Virus record (IMG/VR): IMGVR_UViG_3300049830_000172
From: an uncultured virus (IMG/VR IMGVR_UViG_3300049830_000172)
Taxonomy: Duplodnaviria > Heunggongvirae > Uroviricota > Caudoviricetes
Direction: 5' to 3' (one strand)
Length of the DNA stretch: 60,477 nucleotides
Part shown: piece after piece, positions 9,339-21,180 of the stretch
Numbering within the stretch: position 1 is the stretch's first letter
Layout: each line of letters starts with the position of its first letter
The notes under the pieces: model-generated
Seen by the model: only the letters and a program-made list of their open reading frames with translations
Told to the model about the DNA's origin: nothing
The model's database searches: none
Translations under genes and position numbers: made by a program

Positions 9339-10654
9339 TTAATGAACTGCGACTCTGCTAGAAGCTTCAACCTCTAAGAGTCGAAGAGTGTAACGCCATC
9401 TATCAACCTCGATTTGTGCAACTGCCAATTCGCCCTGAGCTTTAGTCAACTGAAGTTCAAAGGTTTCCACCGCTGCGCGTTCTGCTACTGTCATAGAGTC
9501 GATGGCTGCCGAACGAGAAGCCTCGTTACCACCAAGTTCTTTTTGACCATCGGGGTGCTTTGAGGTATCGTTGTATTCGTTTAGAATACTGTTTTTAGCT
9601 TCAACTAGATTCTTCTTCGATTCTGCAAGTTTCTGGTTAAGCACGTTGAGGGAAGTGACGTTTGCCGCTTTTTGGTTAAGCGCTCCGTTGATACCATTAA
9701 GAGTATCTACCGATGATGGAAGTTGATTCATGGTAAAAGTAGTGTACCACGTTTTTTCGCAGTACACTACTTTTTTTCAATTAGACACCGACAGTGGTTC
9801 GGAGACACATTTTTACCATACTCGCACTAGCTTTATATCGCTTGCCGTCTTTGACTCTTTCGAGTTCCATTGGGTTGGCGGGTCGGTTGGTATTGATGCC
9901 AACAATTTTCAAAGTGTCGCGACTAGACACGAATTCCTTACCAAAATCGCTTGGCTCAAGCCCGTATGAACTAGCGAATCGCTCGAAATTGAGTTTTGCA
10001 CTTGAAGTTGCTTCCTCGTCGCTTACTGTGCTAGCTAGCTTTAGTTCGACTTTGAAAGAATGGTTATGACTCGAAAAACTTCCGAGAGCCGATGATACGG
10101 TGATGCCATGTTTAGCGCAAACATCTTTGATAGCTGTGTCGATTTCTCCACGAATGATTCTTAAACTGGATGCAGTGAACTTGTCCATATTTATATACGA
10201 AACAAGTTCACCCTTGTGAGGAAAATTACATTTCCTCTAAATCCAACTTGAATCTGTGTTTGGGTTTCAGACTCATAAAGTAGTCATAAGGTGTCATGTC
10301 CTCAACAATGATGATGCCACTTTTTCCGTCTAGGAAGTTTATAACTTCATATGGAATCTCTTGCAACTTGAAAACAATCTTTCGATTCTTAATCAAGTTG
10401 GGTGCTATTTTTCCGATTTGATATTCCATATCCCTTAAGTCCATCATCGCAAGGAGTGACGATGGGAACACGCAAAGAGCTTTAAAACCCTTTGCATTGA
10501 TGAAATAGCCGAGGTAGTGAGTGTCTGAGTTGTATTTGTTTGTGTTCATTTTGATTTGTTGTAGTGTTTTTTCACTTACAAAACATCTATCGTGCAACAT
10601 CGTGAGATTTCGCATGATGATTTTGAAAATACTTTCCTCAAGAAAATTGCTCAC
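9339..10654 (-). other. Three hypothetical CDSs
   Basis: 9339-9731 (coiled-coil), 9781-10188, 10226-10654 (start uncertain). Confidence 0.7.
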
Positions 10655-10668
10655 ATCAGTATATATTC

Positions 10669-11070
10669 ATGTCTACACTCGTAAACGTAATCACAAATTA
10701 TGTTCCAATGAAATTCGGCGCACCGAGGGAAATTTACACTGGAACCATTCTCTACAAATTGCACACCAATATTGACGGACAAGCCGTTGGTATCGAAAAA
10801 TGTGTCGTGCTTGGCGAAAGTGGGCCAGGTATTGAAGATGGTAAGCGAATTTCAGGTCGCTGGACAACGTGGGATATTTCTGGCGAAAAAGGAAATATGT
10901 ATCATCCGTATACTCATCATTGCATGGACGGATTTTTCTTTGAATATGACAAAGCGGTTGCTGAGGGATTGGAGAAAAGTAAGGCGACTCTTGACTACTT
11001 CACCAAACAAAAATCAAAAGCTAGCAAAGCCTATAACCATTTCAAGCAATTAGCTAAAGACTTGAAATAA
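10669..11070 (+). CDS. Hypothetical protein
   Basis: 133-aa ORF; ATG directly after the + strand promoter motif at 10634-10668. Confidence 0.85.
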   Translation: MSTLVNVITNYVPMKFGAPREIYTGTILYKLHTNIDGQAVGIEKCVVLGESGPGIEDGKRISGRWTTWDISGEKGNMYHPYTHHCMDGFFFEYDKAVAEGLEKSKATLDYFTKQKSKASKAYNHFKQLAKDLK

Positions 11071-11118
11071 CCAAGAATTAAAGAATCAGTAGGCGATTCT
11101 TTAATTGCAATGTCCGGG

Positions 11119-11146
11119 CGTGCCCCCTTAAATGTCCAAGCCTTAA
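11119..11146 (+). repeat. 29-bp dispersed element, copy 7 (between convergent terminators)
   Basis: CGTGCCCCCTTAAATGTCCAAGCCTTAA; hairpins at ~11075-11106 and ~11166-11200. Confidence 0.75.
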
Positions 11147-11218
11147 ATTAACCATCTAGACACACAAAAAAAGAACGCTAAAGGATTTTCAGCGTTCTTT
11201 CGTCTTTCGGGTCGCTGG

Positions 11219-14214
11219 TTAAAGTTTTACAATCCCAGGCGTTCTATCTTCCATTGCGTTATGTGGTTCGCGTCGTTGGTCGTACACACAAGCCACCGCC
11301 CAAACTCTTATCCAATCTCGTCCGATAACAGCGACTTTTTGCGCTTCTTTGAGAGTCTTGAATTTCCTTTCTCTCTCATATGCGTAAATAGTTTTTCCTC
11401 TATTGTCATGGTCAACAACTTGCATTGAGCTGTGAAATCTGCCATTTTTATTTAGGCAGCAATCGTGAGACCATCCTTGATACATTTCGCTTTGAACGAT
11501 TGAATATCCCTCAATGCGATACACTTCCTGGATTGACTTCCACGGTGAACCTTTTTCCACATAGTTATTGACACAAAGGAACTCACTCCCTACCATGTCA
11601 TCAATCATTTCGATTGTTACATAAGGTAGTAAAGAAGGTACGATACCGACAACGTGACATTCGTTTTGCTTCACAGCGTCGATTACTGCTTCTCGGTTAT
11701 AGTCTGGGAGGTAAATCACTCCTATCTACACGTTTAAGAATTTGCTTTGAGGATTTTTGTCATTTCCTCTACGCGGGTAGCGGGAGCCCAGTACAAATCC
11801 ATCATTTCGATTTGTACGATTCTTTCGTAAAAGAGCCATCCTAACTTATTGCGCTTTGCTTGTTGGTAGTGGAGTTTACAGAATTCGTCGCTTGCTTTTT
11901 CCAAACATGGGTCAGAGGCTTTCATGATTTTGACAATCATTTCTAGTCTCGTGTCAGTATATCCGTACTCTGGTACTCGCTTCCATTCTTTAATGGGTTT
12001 TGCTGTTAGCTTTTCCTTGATTTCACCAAAGACGGCTTTTTCGACTATCCAAACTTTAGCCATGGTCTTCTTGACCTGGCAGACTAAAGTAAACACTTCC
12101 AGTTCCTGGGCCTGGGTTTATGTTCTGAGGTCTTACGTTCCATCCATTATCCTTATACTTATCTAGCACACCCCAGATGATGCTTTCGGTAAAAGTATTG
12201 ACAGAAACACATAATTCTCCACCTCGAAAGTTTTCATAAAGAAATTCATCTAGGTATTTTTCAAACTTGAAAGTTTCTGAGTTAATCTTTTCTCTGGCTT
12301 CTGTGGCTGTGTACATGATTATTTACGCGCTCGATTTTGTCGTTTGAGGAATTAAATCCAAAATATCAGGGAAGAGTTCGTTTTCTCGGTCTCGAATTCC
12401 AGCTTGAACGCCCGCGAATTTTGCGGCAGTGACAATAACAACTGTGCGATTTTCGTCAAGTGCAAAGATACACATATCCCCAGTTAGTCGGCGGTTTAGA
12501 GAGTGCGCTCGATACCAGTTTGTACTGTTACCTTGTTTGACACCCACTGAGATTCCAATTTCGTTATCCATGATTATATACACGCTTGATTTCTTTGGTT
12601 GAGGAATTAAGTTAAATCACATTTCCTGGTGACGATTGAAACGGATATATCTCTGAGGATTTGTTGTCCACTTTTTTGATGTGGCTGTGTTTCAATTAGG
12701 CGCTTTGATAGTCGTTTACCGATGAGTTTAGGTAAGTCGGCAGCTTTGACATTTCGTCTCGTGATTACTGCATTCACTCCTTGTCCGCCATAGAAGTCAC
12801 CCGTGACTTCGTTCCATTCTACTACATTGCATTTCGCTGTCATGTTTGTATACAGATTCCTAAATTTGCTTTGAGGATTTTATGCGCACGAATAGATTTT
12901 TCCATCGTCTCCGAGGTACACCCATATCTCTCCAAACGATTTTGATAATGTTGTGAGAGCTGTTTCTGCGGGTTGGTTCCAATCTCCGTCCCAGAACCCG
13001 CAACCATGTCCGCCCCTTGTTAGCCAAAAATCATGCCCTGCGTATTTCTCTGGTGAACAACCTTTATAGTTGCAATATTCGTCAGTGAAATAGATTGAAC
13101 CCAGGCGTTGAAACTCTGCGCAATCTTTTTCGATTTGTGTCATCAGTTCTTTACTGATATGTGAAATATCTGTATCTTTGAGATTATCTTCACCTGACTC
13201 AGTGAAAAAGATTGCCTCGATATAAGCGGTTGTAAAAGCGTCCATGATTATTTACTTATGTGAGTGAAGATTGTGAGGAATTTCTTTCTCGGTCGGCTTC
13301 TCTTTGAAGTCTCTTTCTTTCTCTTTTGAGTGCGCCTTGTTCGGCAGCAAGGAGGTTAATTCGTTCCTTTTGTTTCTTTCTTTCTTTCGTCCAAACAGAA
13401 AGACAATGAGAACTCGCGATGATTCCATTGCGGTTTGTCTTAATTTGCTGTGCGATTTCTGATTGATTCATAATTTTCTACTTTCCCGAGGGCACCATTT
13501 GAGGAATATGCTCAATAAGGATTTCCTTATCAAAACAACGACTCATAGATGAGCTGACTCCATCTACAATAACATAGGTGAGTTTTGGCTCAAACTCTGA
13601 GTATTCTTTGAGAAACTGGGTTGCTGACTCCATATCTCCATGATGGTCTTGTATCCAGTTTCCATTGACTCGATTTCCCTTTCTTTCGGAAACTACGATT
13701 AAACTAAATCTCATAACTATCTACCCATGTAGCTAGGAAGTTTGAGGAATTAAATTTCGCTCGATATATCCCGCTTTCTTGAGTTCTTTCAGTTTGGCGT
13801 TATGCTTCCTCTTATTCTTGAAAAGGTGCATACCATAGAAAGGGCTCCCGTCTTTGTGAGTTGATACTCCATCATGGTCGCTAATGGAGTATTTAGAACT
13901 ACCCACATTATCCATGGTGTAGTAGTTCTTTATCATGCCGTCACGCCCCAGACTTCTTCAATCACGGCGTCAATGATATGTTTTGGTGCTTCTGGCATTT
14001 TCTCAGGGATTTCGAATCCTAATGAGGTGAAGTCATATTCTTGTTCGCCTTCATCGAATTGAACAGTAACATCTTCACCTCTTTGTTTGAGGTTCAGGGA
14101 GTTTGCGCACGCTTTGTACGCGGTTCCATCTTGCGCGAGTAGTACCATTTGCTTCAAACCGAATGAGTTGGTATTGGAGCTTACTGAAGCTACTCGAAAA
14201 GTTTTTGTTTCCAT
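11219..14214 (-). other. Block of small hypothetical CDSs
   Basis: 11219-11719, 11734-12063, 12056-12316, 12323-12571, 12607-12843, 12880-13245, 13256-13471, 13478-13714, 13733-13936, 13933-14214. Confidence 0.75.
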
Positions 14215-14233
14215 ATTTAATTACACAGCTACG

Positions 14234-14698
14234 TCAGTTGTTTGAGGAATTTCCAAACAAATCTGGCGGAAGTTCCATTGGCCAAGTTCCTTCTTGAAAG
14301 TATGTTGCCATTGCCCAAAGAATATGTCCTACCCTTCCATTTCCGTCATTGAAAGGATGAATTTCCTCGAACTCTTTATAAAGCTCAATCGGTGTGAGCC
14401 TATTTTCATTGTAAGCATCACACCAAGTTTCCAAAGCTCTATAGATATTATTTGGATTCATTGCAAAAGTCATATTAGCAAAATGAGCTGGTGTTGTGCG
14501 AAATCCTAAGTTTAGTGTTGGTTCAACTACACCACCAAGTGCCAGAATATCGTAAATGTCTATGTGCTTATATGCGCCTTTTTGCACAGCTTCAAGCATC
14601 ATTGTATAAGCCATGGCGAAGTTAACAAAATCTTCAGGGCTAACAGCATTTTGAATCTGACATTGCTTAACAATTAGTTCTGTGTGAGTCACTGACAT
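14234..14698 (-). CDS. Fic/Doc domain protein
   Basis: FEEIHPFNDGNGRVGH matches the Fic motif; start moved to MSVTHTE. Confidence 0.88.
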   Translation of the reverse strand: MSVTHTELIVKQCQIQNAVSPEDFVNFAMAYTMMLEAVQKGAYKHIDIYDILALGGVVEPTLNLGFRTTPAHFANMTFAMNPNNIYRALETWCDAYNENRLTPIELYKEFEEIHPFNDGNGRVGHILWAMATYFQEGTWPMELPPDLFGNSSNN

Positions 14699-14702
14699 AA
14701 TA

Positions 14703-17700
14703 TCACTCGATTTCTTTCGTTGAGGAATTCGCAATAAGTTCGAGGGCTTTTGCGCGAAGTTTGTCAGGCATATAGTCATTTGGATTTTCAGCGCAACAAA
14801 TATTCATCCACATAGATGATTGTCCAAAGAGTCGCCCATCGAGTGAATACCTTGAACGCGGGTCGGTGATATGTTCGCCAGCATCCATGATATACCATCT
14901 GAGACAATCAATTTCCGGGTCGCCTTTACAAACGTAAGTGCTTTTGATTTTCTTACGTTCTTCGGCAGCTTTTTTCCGTAGCTCGGCGGATTCTTTTTCG
15001 CGTTTACTTAACATAGCAATCCACCTTTGGAGCGACGATTGTAGTCCCACCCTCGAAATTTGGTAGATAGATAAGCAAGTTATTTTTCCAAACTCTCTTT
15101 ACTTCTCCATCTTCACAGATGCGAACTTCCCACTCTTCATTGTCTGTGTCTACATGTACTTTGCTTCCTACTTCAAACTTGTCCATGTTTAATTACACGC
15201 TCGATTTTCTTCGTTGAGGAATTTTAGAATCTGTGTATTGGAAAGTTTGGAAATTCTTTTCTTCCTTGTGTGAATGTTTCCATAAGTTTCTTCATGACTG
15301 CATCTGGTTCATATCCTTCTACATATTCTTCATCGTAGTAAGAACCTGGATTAGCGTGAAAACGGTGAAGATGTTTTCGCGCTTCTTCGTTAGTTTTGAA
15401 TGGGCCGGTGGCTTGGGCGTGTTCTCTCCAATCCCATGAATTCTGTGGTGCGTGTATATCTTCCAACACATACCACCATTCATTTGGTTTGACTTCGATG
15501 AATGCGCATTCGCTGTTTGTACTCATGATTATCTACGCGGATTTAATTTCACGTTGAGGATTATTTGATTTCCCATTCTGTGATTTCAGTCGATAGAATC
15601 TTCGCTGGTGATTCAGATTCACTGGCTTTAAATTCATAATCCATGTTTTCGAGAACTTCGGTCACGTCTTGTCCGTCTTGAACTTCAATTTTCAAGCGAG
15701 TGACTACATCAACGTTAATGATTTGTACCATTAAAATCCATACCACTCGATAAATTCTTCGAGTGTAGTTTCTCCGTTCCATGGTTCTGGAATAAGTCCG
15801 ACACTTCTTAGTATCCTATCTTGCGACGTGTGAATCTTTGCTGATTCAATCAATCGAGCAGCTCCAGCTTTTTGTTCTTCTGCTGAATCGTATTGAAATG
15901 GCTCAGTAGAGATAAGGGAAGAAAGGACGACTATGTATTGTACCATGAATACTTACACAGAGAGGAATTTGATTTGAGGAATTAATACCAAGCTAATGCC
16001 AGTTCTTCCCAGAATGCGTCAATTCGATAATCGAAGTAATAGCAGTCGCCTCGTTCGCCCGAGAATGAGTGATAGATTGCTGGATTAGCTTGGTGAAGTT
16101 CATTCATCAACCATTGACCATAACGAATCATTGGCCAGGTGCGTCGGTATTCCTCGTAGTTGTGAGGTTGGTGTGTCGATTGAAAGTCTTGAAAGTTCAT
16201 AGTTTTTCCTGTGCTTCAAGCCACTCAGCGCATTTCTTGGCGCAAGCTTCTGCGCTTCGAATCCTATCTCTCATTTCCTTGATTGGAAGTGTGTCAGCTC
16301 CTTTGAGCGTATCCACAACTTGAAGTCTGATACAAGCCGCGATTTCTTTTGAAGTGGCTTTTCGATATTGGTTCATTGAGTATCTACGCGCTCCTAATTT
16401 AGCCTTGAGGATTATCCCAGGACATTTCTTGTTCACCAGAATGTCCGATACATCGGAACTTATATCCTTTTTCTTCAAGAAAAGCTTTAATATCATCTGG
16501 AACGGCTGTAAACTGTGCATAAAACTTACCGTCTTTTTCTGCATCTCGTATGGCATTATATGCCACTGTAAGAAGTCTATCAAAACGTTGTTGTTCTTTT
16601 GTTCGCTTAGCTCGAATGACAGCTTTAGTTGCCTTTCTAGCAGTTGATGCATCTGGGAAATGTTGTTCGTTCATATTAAACCACCTCATGTTTGAGTGTA
16701 TCTCTTGCGATTCGGTCAATGAAGCATCGCATCCACCACGATTTCTTTTGTGCTTTTTCGACAGCTTGTTTGGTTTCACTTGGAAAACCATATCCAAGTG
16801 ACTGGATTAAATTAGGGATTGATTCGTTTGGGACTTCGACATGAGTGGTAACGTCTCTTCCCATGAAATCCTTTCCACGAACGCATATTCTCAATCCGCA
16901 TCCACCTAGAGCGCCAAAACGCTCCAGCTCTACTTCGCTGTTATCTCGATTGGTACGTTTGAACAATGATGTTGACATGATTATATACGCTTTCTTAATT
17001 TGAACTTGAGGAAAGTAGCCAAATGAACTCGAACCCTGCATATTGAATGAAGTAACATGGCTCATTATTGAACATGCTTTTGAACACTCCAGCTTCAGGG
17101 TCTGACGAAAGAAAGTCCTTTAGACTCTCTTCATCTTCAAGAACTGGTGAGGTGTCACAAGTGGCAAGAAACTCCTTATGGCTAATTGGCGATTTGGCAG
17201 CAATCATATCTTTCAACATGAATCCGCCTTTATCGCCAAAGTTTTTCCACACTGTATTACATTGAGCGTAGAATTTAACCATGATTACTTACCCCCTGAT
17301 AAGTTCGCCTTGAGGAATGTTGACGATGTTGTCTTCTTGCTTTCGTTCACAGAAGTTATTCATCAATCCCGTGAAGAGTTCTTCGAGTACACCATTGGGA
17401 AGAATAGCAGTCATATCGACATGCTGTCCAGTTCGTCGGTCTCCGCCTTCGATTCGGATTGCAAGGGCTTTTCCTTCACGAGTGTCAACGACACTGAATC
17501 CGATTATATCACCCTCTGGATATTCCACGCCGAAAAAGTTTTGAGTAGCCATGATTACTTATCATGGCATAGAAAATTCTTGAGGATTATTTGCCATTAT
17601 GATTTACCTGGTTGAGTTGGTTTATCGTAGTTTGTCCATGGGCCTGTTCCTCCATTTTTCTTCCAGATAACTGCGCCTTCTTCAGCGGGAATAATTGAGT

Positions 17701-20577
17701 GATAGCCTTGAACGCCTGAACTTTCTCGTCCCTTTTGATAGTTTTCACATTTATGTCTAAGGTCAGTCATGATAGGTTTCATGTTCTTCTTTCCTTTGCC
17801 AAACATCAATGTTACTAATTTTGGTTTTGCCATAAGATAATACTCGAAATTGTCAGTGGTTGAGGAATTACTTATTTGCTGGATTGTGCTTACTGTAGTC
17901 AAAAAAGTTTGGCTCAGTAATCAGCGTGAATCCCTTTCCGCAATTGTGACCCTCTCGATGCCATTTCTGAATAACTCGTGCGCCTTTCTCGGTCAATCGC
18001 CACCATTGGCGGAATCCTGGATGTGGCTTGTGGACATAGGTAATGAATCCACTTTCGATAGCGGACTTGTATTCAGTCGCGCTTCCGTGTCCCGTCCAAG
18101 CTTTTTGAATATCTTTCAGCACCCACTTTCCCTCGCTTCTTCGTACTGTGAAGCATTCATATCTTCGTAGAGCTTCCGTGAGACAGTAGAAAGTTTGTCG
18201 AGACATTAAGAATTTTTTGTTCATGATGTTATATCTGTCTTTAATTTCTGTTGAGGAATTACTCTTGAAGACTCAATGTTAGCAAAGCTTTCCTGTAAGA
18301 GAACAGTTGAAAGCAACTCCATATCTCTTAATGGATACCAAAATGCCTCTCCACCAAAGAAAGCTAATCCATGTTGGAAGAATAATTCACAGTTTGGACA
18401 TTGATGAACATTTGAATGTTTTGCTCCAATCTCAGACTCAGCTATATTGAAAGGATGTTTACAGTTGAAGCAAGGAAGTTTCTCTTCCTCTATTTTCTTA
18501 ACAAAGTCGCGCTGTTTTTGCAGTTCTGTTTTCAACTTAATCTCCCTCTTCGATTTCCTCGATTCCATTGATAGTGATAGTTAGATGTTCAGTCCAGCTT
18601 CTCCCACACGTACTACATTCGACTTGACAAGTCCTTGCTTCTTGGTCGATACCATCTGCGTTGATTTCATTACTTTGACAGAATGGACACTTGTTCGGGT
18701 CAGCTATATAAGCGTTTTGGATTTCTTTCGTGAATGCCATGACTATCTACGCGGATTTGGTTAGTCGTTGAGGAATTTTATCGCGAAGTTATAATCACTA
18801 CAGGCTGTTCTGTTAGTTCGGTCATCTTTGCTTTCGCAAGGTCAAAAACCGGATACTTATGTGGAACTTGTGTACCCGTTCGATGAGTTCCGTATGGAGT
18901 TTCAATGTCTTCATAAGTCCACTCATAACTATCTATCCAAAGGCCTATAGGGAAAAGACCAAATAATTTTACTTCTCTCTCTATATAGTATTCATTCTTA
19001 AAATGAACTATTCGATATCTCATATCTTCTTATCGAATAGTTCATTTTTTTGAGGAATTATCTTCCCCAGAGTTCTGCGTCTGTTGGTTCGCGACCAAGT
19101 TCCTTTACGAGTGCTTTTCGCATCTTATTAAGTACGCGCTCTTTTCGTCTTGCCTCAGTTAATGAAATTTCTCCATCACAGTGAAGATTCTCAGGTGAGA
19201 GGTTGCATTCAACTCTTTGTAGGTCTTTGATGATTTCCTGGGTTGTTCGTGCCATGCTGTTATACCATGGCACTGAATCTGTTTGAGGAATTTTATGGAG
19301 TGTGCTGGGCAAGAATCGCTTTTTGCTTCGCCACTGGAAGTTTCAAAAACTCTCGCGCTCTTGCTTCGCCTTCTTCTCGGTTCTTCTTGTCCCTTACGTC
19401 CTTGTCTCGCTGTCGGTCATGTGCTTGATGGTCTTCCCACCATGATGCTAATGCCCTTGAACGTGCATTTCTTGCATCGTAAACGATTTTATCGGTGTCA
19501 GCCTTACTCAGCCCCTTCAAGGTAGAACAAAGCAGCGCAGTGTCTTGATTTAGGTTCTTGATATTTCCGTAATAATCTTTCGCTGCCGCCTTGATTTCTG
19601 GAGTAATGCTCTTTAACTGTTTCAAAGCTGTAAAAACATAGACGAGGTGTAATGCTACTAATCGAGATTCCATCTCTTGAGCATTGGCTTGTAAATAACT
19701 GCTATCGCATCCCATAATTTTGTATCTCCTTTAGAAATGAGGTTGAGGAATTAATCCTCCTCCACCTCGAAATGGTAGGAACCTGTATCGTTTGAATCCA
19801 TACCACTCACATATCCATCTTCGACTTTTGGTGTTAGTTCTTTGAGGGCTAACACTAAATCATCTTCCGTTTCGCCCTCAACTTTTATAGTGAGAGTGTA
19901 CTTCATGCACTCACCTTATAGACATAAACGTCAGCTTCGGCTGGATTTTGGTCAGCTCGAACGTTGCCACCAAAACCATATTTTGCCTTACTATCTCGCC
20001 TATTGTCTTGGCGGACTTTTTCTGGTCGGCGGTTAGAGACTTTCACGCGCTTGATTGTTTGTTGATTCCAGTAGTTCTTAATGTGCAATGACTCTGATTT
20101 TCGCCCTTCTCTCACGTTTTGATTGTGTTCTGCGATTACTTTGCGCAAACTTTGCAACGCGGTGAGGTCAGAGTCGTTCATCGGCTTAATCGTGAATCTG
20201 TAACTTGTACTTCTATCAGTTCGGTATTCCATGATTAGATACGCGCTCGGATATTTAAGTTGAGGAATTTTCTTTCGTCTTGACGAACTCATTCAAAGCG
20301 TTCAACTCATGAATGCCAATGTAGACAACGTTATCAGCTTCTTCAAGAATATGGCTTCCACTTGTTATCATGAAACTGCTATTTCCGATATTCGTCGCGT
20401 AGAGTCCGTCTCCAAGGTAGGTGCTTTCCATCAAAATTCTCCATCCTCGACTGTGTAACTTACACACCCGCAGTCACATGCAAATGACATTGTTTGGTCA
20501 TGCCAGTGCTTTTTTTCACAGTTCAAGCATAATACTTGTGCGATATTCTTTTGATTTGATTTAGGACTTCGCGCCAT
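14703..20577 (-). other. Block of small hypothetical CDSs
   Basis: 14703-15014, 15004-15186, 15224-15526, 15561-15731, 15731-15946, 15982-16200, 16197-16376, 16399-16674, 16676-16978, 16995-17282, 17289-17552, 17597-17833, 17868-18224, 18221-18568, 18537-18740 (Zn ribbon), 18778-19023, 19058-19255, 19293-19715, 19751-19906, 19903-20232, 20255-20431, 20431-20577 (Zn ribbon). Confidence 0.72.
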
Positions 20578-20583
20578 GATTCT

Positions 20584-21126
20584 TTACTCACCGAGTGAAG
20601 CTAATTGAGGAATTTTACTCCACTTGGCTCGATATCTAAAGATACGAGTTTTAACAGTACCAAGAGGAATATCTAACTCAGTTGCGATTTCTTCATAAGT
20701 ATAGTCAAGCATTAACATCTCCACTAACTTTCTTTCATCATCACTCAGCGTTTTGTCGAATTCTTCAAACATGACATATATATTTGTATTATCATGTGGA
20801 TTCCCCCAACGTAGATTTGAGTTTAGAAACCCTTCTGCCATTTCACAAAAAAGAACTTCTTTACTTCTGCGCTGCAATGTTCTTAAATAATCAATGCACG
20901 TGTTTCTAAACATGACACTGACGTAATTGTAAAATGTCCTTGTGTCAACAGATTTATCAACAAGCTTTAGGTAATATGCTTCAAGGCATACAGTGAATAA
21001 TTCTTCACGCTGTTGTTTTGTTTTTCCCCATTTCCTCACGCTTCCAAGTAACATTTGAAGCGTTTCAACATCCATGTTAGGGTATTTCATATTAAAATGT
21101 TGGGCTTTGGCACCACATGAACACAC
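20584..21126 (-). CDS. ECF/sigma-70-family sigma factor (divergent)
   Basis: Region 2-like FYNYVSVMFRNTCIDYLR; region 4 LSDDERKLVEM...YTYEEIATELDIPLGTVKTRIFR; start may be 21090. Confidence 0.82.
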   Translation of the reverse strand: MCSCGAKAQHFNMKYPNMDVETLQMLLGSVRKWGKTKQQREELFTVCLEAYYLKLVDKSVDTRTFYNYVSVMFRNTCIDYLRTLQRRSKEVLFCEMAEGFLNSNLRWGNPHDNTNIYVMFEEFDKTLSDDERKLVEMLMLDYTYEEIATELDIPLGTVKTRIFRYRAKWSKIPQLASLGE

Positions 21127-21180
21127 TTGCTATTAGAAGCGCAATGAAGATAAGAAAGAGGATGTAGTTTAAAAATGCTC

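Noticed and set aside
1054..11146. 29-bp element as CRISPR repeats
   Set aside because: Copies are 1-2.5 kb apart, in both orientations and degenerate.
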